Assembly (NCBI GenBank): GCA_963750165.1
Contig: CAVVPN010000012.1
Location: 352,001 to 416,000, forward strand
Direction: 5' to 3'
Origin: an uncultured Gemmataceae bacterium
GTDB taxonomy: Bacteria > Planctomycetota > Planctomycetia > Gemmatales > Gemmataceae
Length of the DNA stretch: 64,000 nucleotides
The first letter of the stretch is position 1, and the number at the start of each line of letters is the position of its first letter. Below the pieces are notes generated by a model. That model was not told the origin of the DNA and made no database searches. It saw only the letters and a program-made list of their open reading frames with translations. Below, one piece after another: positions 48,717 to 59,473 of the stretch. A program made the position numbers and the translations under genes.

Positions 48717-51700
48717 TTGGCAGCAGCCACGACAGAGGATCGCACGGTGCATGATTCGACCCCCGGCCCCGCCCCGGGCCCCACGCTCCAGGGCGTGCTC
48801 GGTTACCTGAACTTCTCCACGGGCCGGCCCGACCCGCGCTTTCACAAGCAACTCAACGACGCCTGCGCCACGCTCGTCCGCCAGAACGCCCCGGCCCCGT
48901 GGCAGGCGCTGCACGACTGGCTGCGCCGCGATCTGGAGTCCCTCCGCGCCGCCAACAGCGCCTTCCAGGACGTGCAGCAGGCCGCCGCTGTCCTGAACGC
49001 CGTGTTCGCCCGCCTGCTGCCCGCGTACCGTGCGTTCCACGCCGACCTGCTCGCCCACCAGCCCGACGCGCTGCTGCTCCAGCCCGGCTTTTTGGCCCGC
49101 GCCTGCGAGGCCGTGCTCGCCCAGGGGCCGCCCTGGGAGGAACACGACCGCCTTGTGCGCGGCGCCCTCGCTCAGCTCAACGACTACGTCGGCTACCGCC
49201 CCATCGCCATCCTGGAGACGCGACCGCGCGGCGAACCGTATCCGCACGAGAAACTGCGGCCGGTGCCCCTGTTTCTGCGCGGCGCCGGCCCGCTGGTTGG
49301 CCCTTACCACGACCTCATCGCCCGCGCCCTCGACGTGCTCGCCGCGACGCCGCCGCACCTGCTCGCCGACGCCTCCTTTGACCTGGCGCTGCTCGACGAA
49401 CTGGCCCTGGACCCACGCGCCTACGACCACGCTCATCCCGTGGACAAACGGCCCAACTACCGCTTCGGCGAATGGGACCCGCACCACCTCGATAACCAGG
49501 GCCGCTACCGCCGCTACGTCGCCCGCCAGCTGACGCTCGACGGCCTGCTCGACCGCGTTCGCGCCGCCCCCGAAGGGCTGCCGCGCGAGCAACTGATGCA
49601 GGAGGCGGCGGTCGTTTGCGCCGGCACCCTGCTCATGGCCACGGGCGTCAGCGGCGGCGCGCCCGGCGAGCACGACTCCTCAGTCACGCTGTCCACGCTG
49701 GTGGCGAAGATCGCCCGCTACCGCGAGACGTTCTACGCCCTGCACCTGCAAGCCGCGCGCGGCGACCACGGCGAACGGCTGCGGCAGGAGGCGCAGACGA
49801 CCCGCCAGCCCTTCGGCGGCGCCCGTCAGCACCTGAACCACTACCTGGCCCGCCTGCGCGCCACGCAGCTGCAACAGCGGCACCTGGCGCTGCTGCTGGC
49901 GCGCATGGGCTGCGCCGAGGCCAGCCGGCGGCAGGCGGCCGAGATCGAGGTGCCGTCGGTGCGCTTCCTCAGCGAAATGCACATCCACCTGACCGCCGGC
50001 GAGCTGGCGGTCGAAAGCGGCGACCTGGCCGCGGTGGCGCCGCTGCCCGCCGCGGTCGAGGATCTGATCCGCCGCGGCATCGACTGCGGCGCCGTGGTCG
50101 ATCCGTGGAACATCCTGGGCTTTCAAGGGCTGTTCCCGCTGTCGCCGGCGCAGGAGGACAGCGCTGCTGACACCCGCGTCGGCCAGCTGGTGCAGGTGGT
50201 CGAGCGGCTGCTGAACCTGCTGGCCCGGCTGCTGAGCGAGGCGGCGGCGCTCGGCCAGGACGACATCGGCAAACAGGCTGCCGCCGAGATGCGCAAACTG
50301 GCCGCGTGGTGGGACCGGTTCGCGTCGGTGGAGGTCGGCGATGTGCGGCACGTCCACGGCGGCGAGTCGGTGTCGTCGGCCGAGCACGTGGCGCGGGCGC
50401 TGACGAACTGGCGGCAGCGCGGCGCCGCGGCCGCGGACCTGGCGTTCTGGCGGCAGCACCTGGAGGGGTTCCGCTCACCCAAGGCGTTCGCGCTGGTGGT
50501 CGAGGCGCTGCTGCGCAAGCGGGACCTGCGGGCGGCGATGGCCCTGCTCATCAACTGGCTGGGCCAGGCCGAGCAGGTGCCGCTGGACGAGGGCGATTAT
50601 TCGTTCCACAACCTGGCGCTGCGCTGGATGATGCTCGCCTGCGACCCCGCGGCGCCGCAGCCATTCGCGCTGGTGCGGAAATGCTTCGACTACCTGGAGG
50701 CCAACGCCGAGGACTACTGGCAGGTGCCGCGCCTCGATGTGGTGCTGCCCGAGCAGGACCGCGAGGAAAAGGAGGATCTGTACAGCGCCGCCTATGAGGG
50801 CGTCAGTTATCAGGATACCACGGACGATGACGTGGAAGGTGAGGTACTGGGGGGCGAGGAGCCGCGCGAGTTCGACCTGCAGGTGGAGGCGGATCGGCTG
50901 GAAAAGCGGCTGCGGTTTTTATCGACGCTGGCCCGGCTGTGGACGACGGCGGTGCGGCGCGATCAGGTGGTTGCCGCTTCCCCCCTCACCCCCAACCCCT
51001 CGCCCCCTGAAGGGGGCGAGGGGGGAAAGCCCCCGGTCCCCTCCCCCGAAGCGGCGGAAGTGCTGCCGGCCTGGCTGGCGCGGGCGCAAGAATTACCAGG
51101 AATTACTCACGCTGCTGGACGCGATCCACGAGCACCCACTGGCGGGGCCGTCCGGCTCGTATGACTCGCTGGTGGAGTTCGACCGGCGGCGCGTCATCAA
51201 GGAACGGCTGCTGGGCGTGCTCATCGCCGCCAGCCTGGACACGGCGCTGGCCATCGGCACGCTGCAGGGGCGGCTGGCGGAGTTGCGCGGCGAGGAGGTG
51301 ACGGCGCCGGGGGCGGACGATCCGCACTGGGTGCCGGTGCTGCTGCGGCTGGACCGGGCGCTGTGGCGCGGCGAGGTCGGCACGGCGCGGGCACTGGTGA
51401 CGCCGTTTTTGCAGTTGTTCCAGCACGAGCCGCTGCTGTTCCGGCCGCTGGCGCAGGGCGGCCATCCACGGCACGTGCTGCAGGCGAGTCTGGCGCAGAC
51501 GATCCTGCGGACGCTAGCCGTCAACCTGCCGCGGCTGGGCCTGCTGCGCGAGGCGTATGAGTTGGTGCGCACGGCCCAGGCGATGGAGCTGGCGCAGCCG
51601 CTGGAGGGGCCGCGCGTCACCGAGTTCGACCGTCTGTTCGAGGGAGCGACCCAGGCGGTGGTCGAAACGGTGGTGGATGCGGCGCTGCGCGAGCCTCCCG

Positions 51701-52722
51701 TTGTGGCGGGGTCTCCCGACCCCGCCACCGGGCAGGACGAGGCGCTGGTGGAGTTCCTGGAAACGTTGATGGAGCCATTTCTATCGCTGTGGATGGAGCA
51801 CAGCCGGACGCTGCGCGTGGCGGTGCTGGAGACGGTGCGCGAGCAGGAGTGGCCGGCCCTGTGCGACTTCATCAAGCGCTACGGCCGCGACCTGTTTCAC
51901 GCGCGCTTCATGACGCTGGCGAACCTGCGTGGCATCCTGCACGGCGGCGTCGGCAAGTACCTGGACTACCTGGGTGCCAACCCCGACCCGCTGCACCCGG
52001 TGCGCCTGGTCGAGGAACTCGGCGACAAGGTGCGGCAGGTGGAGGCCGAGCGCTATTTGCAGGTGATTTTACAGGCGGTGATCGAGAATTACGAGGAATA
52101 CAAGGACTACAACACGACGACACCGCAGTCGGACTACGGCGACAACCTGCACCTGCTGCTGGATTTTCTGCGGCTCAAGGCGAGCTACGACCGCAACGCC
52201 TGGCATCTGCGGCCGCTGCTGCTGGTGCATGAGGTGCTGGCGCGGCGACACCTGCGCGTGGCGGAGCGCTGGCAGGGCCAGCTGACGCGGCTGACGAGCG
52301 ACCTGGCGGAACAATATTTGAAGGAGCTGGCGCAACTGGAGCGGCGGCACGGCATGCGGCTGCGAACGGTGGCGGATCGGCTGCAGGAGCGTTTCGTCAA
52401 GCCGCTGGCGCTGGACCGGCTGTGCGCCCTGATCGAACCGGTGATGGAGGAGGTGTACCACGGCGGCCCGGGGTCGGCGTTCGCGCGGCTGGAGAAGGAA
52501 TTGCGGCCGTACGCCGAGACGCCGGTGGGCGTGGGCCTGGACGTGCCGCAGTGGTTGCGGCGGCTGGACGCGGAAGTGCAGCGCGTGCTGGTGGCGCACG
52601 GGTCGCAGGTCCACCTGGTCGAGCAGTTGCTGCGCGTGCCGCGCGCGGCCGTGCGGTTGGAGGAACTGCAGCGGCAGGTGCAGGACTGGCGCAAGCCGCG
52701 GGAGCCGGGCGGCCCGAAGTAG
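48717..52722 (+). CDS. Giant (~1330 aa) alpha-helical hypothetical protein, frameshift near 51088
   Basis: ORFs 48717..51164 and 50737..52722 join; motifs LGYLNFSTG, NYRFGEWDPH, DPWNILGFQG, EYKDYNTTTPQSDYG. Confidence 0.8.
50978..51027. repeat. In-frame REP-like palindrome inside CDS (SPLTPNPSPPEGGEGG)
   Basis: CCCCTCACCCCCAACCCCTCGCCCCCT-GA-AGGGGGCGAGGGG. Confidence 0.7.
51703..51728. repeat. In-frame REP-like palindrome inside CDS (VAGSPDPAT)
   Basis: GTGGCGGGGTC-TCCC-GACCCCGCCAC, perfect 11-bp stem. Confidence 0.6.
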
Positions 52723-52750
52723 CCGGGGAGCTAGAAAAGCCAGGCCGCGG

Positions 52751-53919
52751 TTAGCGCTTCAGCCGCTGCGGCGCCCGGCTCTCCTGCACAAGGTCGTTCA
52801 CGAAGTCCAGCAGCAGCCGCGGCCAGACGCCGGCGTTCGGCATGGCACGCTCCATCTCCTCTTCGAGCTGCTCCTGCTGATAATCGCTCAGCGGCCGGCC
52901 GGGGCGGTTGTTGAGGAAGCCAACGATCAGCGTTTTGAAGCGGCGCTTGCTTTCTTCGCCGCGCGCGCCAGGAACAGGCGAATCTGAGCTTCGATGAGCG
53001 CGTCGCGGGCCTGGCGCATGAGCGTCGCCTCGCTGCCCGGCTCGACCGCCTTCTCCTTGTCCAGGTACACTGGCAGCAGCCGCGGCCCGTCGGCGAAGAC
53101 CGCCTTGACGTAGCCGTCGATGGTCTCCGGCTTCACCTTCGAGGCGCCGCTGTTGACGATGTTGGGCCGCTCCGGCGGCGGCAGTTCCGGCACCTTCAGC
53201 TTCGCGCGCGCCGGGGCGGTCAGGATGTACGCCTGCGGGTTGGTGACGTAGACGTAACGGCCCAGACCTTCGTGATACAGGTAATAGCCGGAGGACAACT
53301 TGACCGCCACGACTTCCCGGGGCAGCAGCAGAACGGTGCGACCGTCAATGGTGCAATCCACGGACTGGCGCGGAATGGCCCGCAGCAGGCCGTACGCAAA
53401 CGTGCCGTCGCGGAAGGCGATCAGTGAAGGGGTGGTCGTCTCGACGGCCGCGGCGTCTGCCATCTTGCCGCCCGCGGTTGAGGCCCCCGTCTTCTGCGCC
53501 TCCTCCAGCAGGTCGGACCAGTGGCGGATGGAGTCCCTGTAGTCGTACAGTTCCTCGCCCAGTTTGCGGAACTGGCGGTCGCGGATCATCTCCTTGAGTT
53601 CCGCCATCCGATCCGCCAGTGGCTTGAACAGTTGCTTCTCCTCGTCCGCGGTAAACACCTGCTCCATGATGAAGCGGTCGCGCGCGGCCCGCAGCAGCTC
53701 CAGCGCCTCGGCGGGTTGCCTGGCCTCCAGGCTCCGGGCCAGTTTCAGCACGGCGTCTACTTCCGTTTTCAGCTGCGTTTTCTTCTGTTGGTTCTGCTTC
53801 TTGAATTTCCCCAGCTGGCTCTTTTCGTCGGCGGCGCAGCGCCCCGCCGTGGCGGCGCAGGCGGCCAGGGTACACGCCAGGAGCAGACAGAATCGGACGC
53901 GGTTCATGAGAGTGCTCAC
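52751..53919 (-). CDS. Exported hypothetical protein, frameshift near 52960
   Basis: Signal peptide; ORF 52927..53919 continues in another frame EESKRRFKTLIVGFL...RLKR* to TAA 52751. Confidence 0.65.
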
Positions 53920-53942
53920 AGTGACCGTGGATCAACCGCGCC

Positions 53943-53973
53943 GGCGAGCGGGGGGCGTGAGCCCCCGCTCGCC
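53943..53973. repeat. Short REP-like hairpin
   Basis: GGCGAGCGGGGG...CCCCCGCTCGCC; resembles the 3642 family. Confidence 0.65.
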
Positions 53974-53994
53974 AGGCCGGTCGGTAGAGGGCGG

Positions 53995-54441
53995 TTACTT
54001 CTTCTTGATCTCAAACGCCTTGGCGAACGTCTTGTCGTTGAACACGTCGTTAATCAGCTTGCCGGCCGGCGTGTTCATGGCCTTGCCCTGGCACATTTGA
54101 CAGCAGAAGCAGACGGTGGCATCGCCGACCTTGATCTTGGTGTCCGTATTCAGCTCATTGCCGGTGAACGGGCAGACCTTCTCCACGGCCTGTTTGGTGC
54201 AAACCAGCTGCATGTTGGCCTTGGTGGCGTACTTGGCGGTGTTGGCCTTGAACTCACCGGGGCACATGTCGCAGCAGAAGTAGACCTTGGCACCCTTGTA
54301 ATCAACGGCCGACTTCTCCGTGGCGTCCTTGCCGGACACCGGGCACTTGCAGGTGACCTTCTTGCCGCCGGCCAGGTTGGGCGTCACGCCCAGCAACACC
54401 ACGGCCATGACGGCCACCAGCGCGAACAGAAACTTCTTCAT
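53995..54441 (-). CDS. Exported double-YHS/TRASH metal-binding protein
   Basis: Signal peptide MKKFLFAL; CPVSG...VYFCCDMC and CPFTG...VCFCCQMC. Confidence 0.85.
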   Translation of the reverse strand: MKKFLFALVAVMAVVLLGVTPNLAGGKKVTCKCPVSGKDATEKSAVDYKGAKVYFCCDMCPGEFKANTAKYATKANMQLVCTKQAVEKVCPFTGNELNTDTKIKVGDATVCFCCQMCQGKAMNTPAGKLINDVFNDKTFAKAFEIKKK

Positions 54442-54539
54442 GATACCAACCCTTTCCGAAAAAGTGAAAGCCTGTACGGAGCAACGACGGCGGCGCGCGG
54501 GCAGCGCGGCCGAGGAACCGTGAGCGTTCGGGGAAATGG

Positions 54540-55120
54540 TTATTCGAGCCAGGTGCAGAATACGCCCGCAGGGGCACGGCAGCCCCAGGTGTTGGCGGCG
54601 CCCTCCAGCCGGCGCCCGCACTGACAACCGGCGCCGGGAACGCGGGCACTGGAGACGGCGTTAGCAGACCGGCGTTCTCCGCTTCGGTCAGACGTTGCAA
54701 ACGGTGGTCGAGCTGAGCGGCGGGCGCTGGCTGCGGTTCCGAGAGATGGCAGCAGCAACTCTTGACCAGCGCGTCCGACAGCGGTTCTTCGTTAGGAGTT
54801 GGGTCGGCAGTCGATTGGTTGGTTGGCGGAGCAGACTCGGTATCCTCGGGCTCCGTTTCGTCCTCCTCGTCCTCGACCTGGGGCTGGCAATCGCAGCAAC
54901 AGGGGGACGTGGGCTGCTTGCTGGTGCAACCGTCCGTGGGCACGGCGTCTGCCGGCGTGTCGGGCTGGCAGTGCGGACAGGCGGCTTCGGCCGAGGGCGC
55001 GCCACAGGCGCCGCAGCGGCACTCGGCCGTCACGTTCCGCGGACACAGCAGGCCGAGCACCACCAGGAATTTGAGTAGCAGTCCCAGGTGGCGTGGCCCG
55101 ATGAACCTGTGGATGGTCAT
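54540..55120 (-). CDS. Exported Cys-rich leader protein with RAPP motif; 1-nt frameshift near 54568 restores ...PLRAVFCTWLE*
   Basis: Signal/TM, CRCGAC, CPHC, CCCDC, CCCH, acidic linker, WRAPPTP; VFCTWLE* in the adjacent frame; 98 nt upstream of the YHS gene. Confidence 0.6.
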
Positions 55121-55412
55121 GCGGAATAGGATACCCCCGCCGGCGACACGGGGCAAGCGCTTTCGCCCGCGGTCGTTTCGTGACCGGCGCCGCCTGTGGT
55201 AAACTGAGCGGTTGAGGCTGGGGTTGAGCAACCTACGGTTCGCGCCGTGCGCCGGCCGTGCCGGGACCGGGATGCCCCTGGGGTTTTCACTACCCATTCC
55301 CCCGGCACGCGATTAAAGTGAGGCGAGGCCGCCCTCGGACCGGGGGCGGCGGTGCGCCGAGGCCCCCCACCTCCGCCACCCAGCGCCCGCGGGCCCGAGG
55401 CGGCAAACGCTT

Positions 55413-58400
55413 ATGAGAGTGTCTGAACTTCAAGCAGTGCTTCGCGCGGCGGATGACGCGGCCCTCCTGGTCACGCCGCGTGTCCTGACGCGGGTCATCC
55501 AGGAGGTTTATCACCTGACCGCGGTGCTCTGGCGGGTGCCGCACAGTACCTCGTTTGTCGTGGATCGTCAGGTGCTGTTCCGCCACGTCGAGCAGGAAGA
55601 ACTGGAAGTCGAATCCAACCAGGTGCTGCCCGAGACGGTCATCCTGCTGGTCCGGCCCGGCGACGAGGACCAGGGAACGCGGGCCCGCGCCGGCCAGCTG
55701 CTCCGCTACTGGCGACTGCTGTTTCACGCCAAGGTCCACCTGGCCCTGCGACAACGCCCGCTGTCCCCGGCCCAGCTGCGCGAACGCCTGGAACAAATCG
55801 GCAGTGCCGAGGTGCAGGAGATTCGCACCGTCCTGCAGCAGGAAAACGTGCTGCTGCCGGGCGCCGACGACCAGAACCTGTACGCCGAGTTCGCCGCCGT
55901 CTTCCTGGAACTGCACTACTTCCGACCCCGGCTGCTGCCCAGCTACTTCCCCGGCCTGCGCGATTTGGAACAGACGTTCCGCTTGCTCGCCCAGGACGTG
56001 GACGCCGACGCCCTGTTTCGGGCGTCGCGGCTCCAGGGCGCCCCCGACCCCGGTAGCTACCGCAGCGGCTCGCCGGACGAGGCGTATGAGTATTACCACA
56101 AGCTGGTGCAGAGTTCGGAGCGGGCGGCGCAGCGCGGCAACCTGGTCCGCGCCGCCACGCTGCGCCGCCGGGCCGCCCGCGTCGCGCCGACGCCCCTGGC
56201 CGTCAGCACGCGCAACGAGGCCGTCGGCTACCTGGAGCAACTGCTCGAACGATTGCAGGTCGCCCTGCAGCTGACCGACGAAGAAAAGGCCGAGTGGCTC
56301 AAGGACCTGCCGACCCTGCTCGACCGCTCCGACCAGGGCCGCAACCCCGTTGAGGACACGCTGCTGTACGACCTGCAACTGGTCGTCCTGGAATACGAGC
56401 GTGACCTGTATGCGCTGGACATCGTGGAGTGGTTGCAGTCCGCCGGCCGCCGGCCGATCAAACGACCGCTGCCGAGCCAGCGCATGGTGCGCGTCCTGAA
56501 GCAGCTGCGCGTCGTCGCCGAGCGGCTGACGGCGGCCCGACTGGCGGAGGAGGATCGGCAGCACTTCGGCAACCTGCTGCAGGCGGCCCTGCACAAGTGC
56601 GGCGAACGGCTGCGCACCAGCTTCCGCCCGGTGCTCGAGACCGCCCTCTACGATGTCGGCCTGCGGCCGACCAACGCGCTCGAACGAACCGCCTTTCACA
56701 AGGTCATTGAGGAAATTCTGGACCGCATCATCGCACACGGCTTCCTGACCTTCAGCGACCTGCGCGACACCATCTCGCGCAACCACCTGAAACTGCCGGA
56801 CGTAACCACGCCGCAGGAGTTCATCGTCCGCGGCGACCCGCTGCTGCACCTGGACCGCCGGCTAGCGCGGCTGCTGGACGGCGTGTACCGGCCAGGCGAG
56901 GTGTATCTGCGGCTGATCGAACGGATGACGGCGCTGACGTTCGGCACCTTCACCGGGCGCGTGCTGACGCAGTTCGTGCTCATCCCGCTGGGCGGGGCGT
57001 TCGCGACGCTGGAACTGCTGAATATCCTGCTGAAGCTGTTCCACGTCCCGGCGATCTCGCCCTGGTCGTACCTGCTGCCCGACCAGGACCCCAGCCACCC
57101 GGCCGTGGAGATGCCGGCCGTGCTGCCCTGGCTGTACTACCCCGCACTGGCGCTGCTGACGGTGTTCATCTTCATGCTGTGGCACCGGCAGCCCTTCCGC
57201 CGCCGCGTCGCCGCGATTGGCTGGGAAGCGCTGGTGGCGCTGCGCAAACTGTTCGTGGACGTGCCGGTGTCGCTGGTGCAGATCCCGGCGCTGCACCAGG
57301 CCGTGAACAGCTGGCCATTCCAGCTCTGCTACTGGTATCTGTTCAAGCCAATGGTGGTGGTGCTGCTGCTCTGGCTGCTGCTGCCCCATGAATTGTCCAA
57401 GGTGTACAGCCTGGCCGGCGCCTTCGTGGTGGTGCTGCTGGTGGTCAACTCGCGCATCGGCCGGGCGGTCAACGAGGCGATCCGTCTGGGGTCACTGAAG
57501 CTGCTGCGGCTGCTGCGCGCCGGCCTGCTGGTCGGCCTGGTGCAGCTGGTGGTGCAGCTGTTCAAGAGCCTGGTTGAGGGCGTCGAGTACGTGCTGTTCA
57601 CGGTGGACGAGTTCCTGCGTTTCCGCACTGGCGACACGCAGACCTCAATGGTGGTGCGGGCGGTGCTGGGCGTGCTGTGGTTCCCGATCTCGTATGTGAC
57701 GCGGTTTTACATGCTGGTGCTGATCGAGCCGGGCTTCAACCCGATCAAGCTGCCGATCTCCAGCCTGGCCGCCAAGTTCCTGTACCCCCTGTCGCTGACG
57801 CTCAACCTGGTGGACAATTTCACTGATCTGCTGACGCCGGTGCTGGGCCCGACGGTGGGGCGGGGGTTCGCGTGGGTGACGGTGTTTCTGCTGCCGGACG
57901 CGGTGGGGTTCATTGTCTGGGAGACGAAAGAGAACTGGCGGTTGTACCGGGCGACGCAGCCGCGCACGGTGCGGACGGAGGCGGTGGGCAGCCACGGCGA
58001 GACGGTGCGCGGCCTGCTGCACCCTGGCTTCCACTCCGGCACGGTGCCGAAGTATTACGCTCGGCTGCGGGAGGCGGAACGGCGCGGCATCAAGACGGGC
58101 AACTGGAGCGCGGCCCGCAGCTGGCGGTATCATCTGGAAGAGGTCGAGGAGACGGTGCGGCAGTTCGTGACGCGCGAGCTGGTGTACCTGGTGAATCAGA
58201 GCACGAGTTTTCAGACGCGGCCATTGCGCGTCGGCCGGGTGACGCTGGCGTGCAACCGCATCCTGGTGGAACTGCTGACGGCGCTGCCGGAGGATCCGTC
58301 GTGCTGGTTGCAGTTCGAGGACGCGCGCGGCTGGCTGGTGGCGAACATCGCGGAGGGGGGGTTCCTGGCGAACCTCACCGGGGAGCAGGCGGCGGCGCTG

Positions 58401-58799
58401 AACACGGCGCTGGCGCTGCTGTACAAGCTGGCGGGCGTGGAGCTGGTGCGCGAGCACCTGGCCGCGCACCTGCCGCCGTGGGCGGTCGCCTACGACATCA
58501 CCAACCTCGGCCTGCTGCTGTGGGAGGATCAGCAGCAGGACAAGGCGCGGCTCTGCGATCTGGTGCGGAACAAGGGGCTGCTGGTGCCGCCGGACGATCC
58601 GGAACCGCTAGACGAACAGGGGCTGGAACGGCTGGACCCGCGACTGCTGCTGTTCGCGGATGTGCCGCTAACGTGGCAGCAGTGCCTGGAAAGCTGGCGG
58701 CGCGATCAGCAGGAACTCAGTCAGCCGCCGCTGGTGTGCGACGGCCAGGAACTATTGCTGCTGGGGCACCTGACGCCGCCGGAGCGGGAAGAGCATTAA
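55413..58799 (+). CDS. Giant (1128 aa) membrane protein of unknown function
   Basis: Clean ORF; soluble helical N-half, central multi-TM block, motifs TFSDLRDTISRN, LIEPGFNPIK, PGFHSGTVPK. Confidence 0.85.
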   Translation: MRVSELQAVLRAADDAALLVTPRVLTRVIQEVYHLTAVLWRVPHSTSFVVDRQVLFRHVEQEELEVESNQVLPETVILLVRPGDEDQGTRARAGQLLRYWRLLFHAKVHLALRQRPLSPAQLRERLEQIGSAEVQEIRTVLQQENVLLPGADDQNLYAEFAAVFLELHYFRPRLLPSYFPGLRDLEQTFRLLAQDVDADALFRASRLQGAPDPGSYRSGSPDEAYEYYHKLVQSSERAAQRGNLVRAATLRRRAARVAPTPLAVSTRNEAVGYLEQLLERLQVALQLTDEEKAEWLKDLPTLLDRSDQGRNPVEDTLLYDLQLVVLEYERDLYALDIVEWLQSAGRRPIKRPLPSQRMVRVLKQLRVVAERLTAARLAEEDRQHFGNLLQAALHKCGERLRTSFRPVLETALYDVGLRPTNALERTAFHKVIEEILDRIIAHGFLTFSDLRDTISRNHLKLPDVTTPQEFIVRGDPLLHLDRRLARLLDGVYRPGEVYLRLIERMTALTFGTFTGRVLTQFVLIPLGGAFATLELLNILLKLFHVPAISPWSYLLPDQDPSHPAVEMPAVLPWLYYPALALLTVFIFMLWHRQPFRRRVAAIGWEALVALRKLFVDVPVSLVQIPALHQAVNSWPFQLCYWYLFKPMVVVLLLWLLLPHELSKVYSLAGAFVVVLLVVNSRIGRAVNEAIRLGSLKLLRLLRAGLLVGLVQLVVQLFKSLVEGVEYVLFTVDEFLRFRTGDTQTSMVVRAVLGVLWFPISYVTRFYMLVLIEPGFNPIKLPISSLAAKFLYPLSLTLNLVDNFTDLLTPVLGPTVGRGFAWVTVFLLPDAVGFIVWETKENWRLYRATQPRTVRTEAVGSHGETVRGLLHPGFHSGTVPKYYARLREAERRGIKTGNWSAARSWRYHLEEVEETVRQFVTRELVYLVNQSTSFQTRPLRVGRVTLACNRILVELLTALPEDPSCWLQFEDARGWLVANIAEGGFLANLTGEQAAALNTALALLYKLAGVELVREHLAAHLPPWAVAYDITNLGLLLWEDQQQDKARLCDLVRNKGLLVPPDDPEPLDEQGLERLDPRLLLFADVPLTWQQCLESWRRDQQELSQPPLVCDGQELLLLGHLTPPEREEH

Positions 58800-58800
58800 T

Positions 58801-58867
58801 CTGGTCGGAGCCCGAGCGCCAGCGCGGGGCAGGGTTGGCCCCGCGCTGGCGCTCGGGCTCCGACCAG
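58801..58867. repeat. REP doublet with 30-bp perfect arms
   Basis: CTGGTCGGAGCCCGAGCGCCAGCGCGGGGC / GCCCCGCGCTGGCGCTCGGGCTCCGACCAG. Confidence 0.85.
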
Positions 58868-58968
58868 GCAGGAAAAACGCCGCCGCCGGCTGAAGTGCCA
58901 CAAGCACCGCAGCCGGCGGACGGCGCGAAGCAAAGGAGTTGCTCGCGGACACTGCACCTGCAAAATCC

Positions 58969-59268
58969 TCACGCCCCTTGTCGGGCGCCGGTATGACTGA
59001 GCCGCTGCGTGCGGCGGAAAAAGTCCTCGATCAAACGCCGCAACATGGCGGCCGTCGTCAGGCCCTGGGCGTGGGCCGTCTCCTCCAGTGCGCTGACCTG
59101 CCAGGCCGGCAACAGTAACGAGAGTTCCTCCACGTCATCGGTGGGCGGTAACGTCGTCCGGGGATGAAGAGCTTCACCGCGATCCGGGATGCGCGACAAC
59201 ATGATTTTGACACTCCCGACGCTGCCTGGCGATTCGCCAGGGAGGGTGCTGGTATCGTTTCGATTCAT
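58969..59268 (-). CDS. Small protein with a ribbon-helix-helix-like C-terminus (start uncertain)
   Basis: ELSLLLPAWQVSALEETAHAQGLTTAAMLRRLIEDF. Confidence 0.55.
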   Translation of the reverse strand: MNRNDTSTLPGESPGSVGSVKIMLSRIPDRGEALHPRTTLPPTDDVEELSLLLPAWQVSALEETAHAQGLTTAAMLRRLIEDFFRRTQRLSHTGARQGA

Positions 59269-59473
59269 CGCAAACACCATGCCACGGCACGGCGCCGCCG
59301 GGATCGCAGCGTAACTCCTTGCTGATTTGTACCATCGATCATCATCGTTGCGGATAATACTGCCGGTCACCATGCGCGCTGCCCGGAAGCGCGGCAGTCG
59401 CTGCCCGCGCCGTGACAAAGGCGCAGTGCGCACGGCTGAACTGGCCGGCAAAGACCACCCATTCGGAACGACA

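Noticed and set aside
54302..55297. 331-aa ORF as called by the ORF track
   Set aside because: It overlaps the YHS gene out of frame; an ATG 55120 start and a corrected end at 54540 fit better
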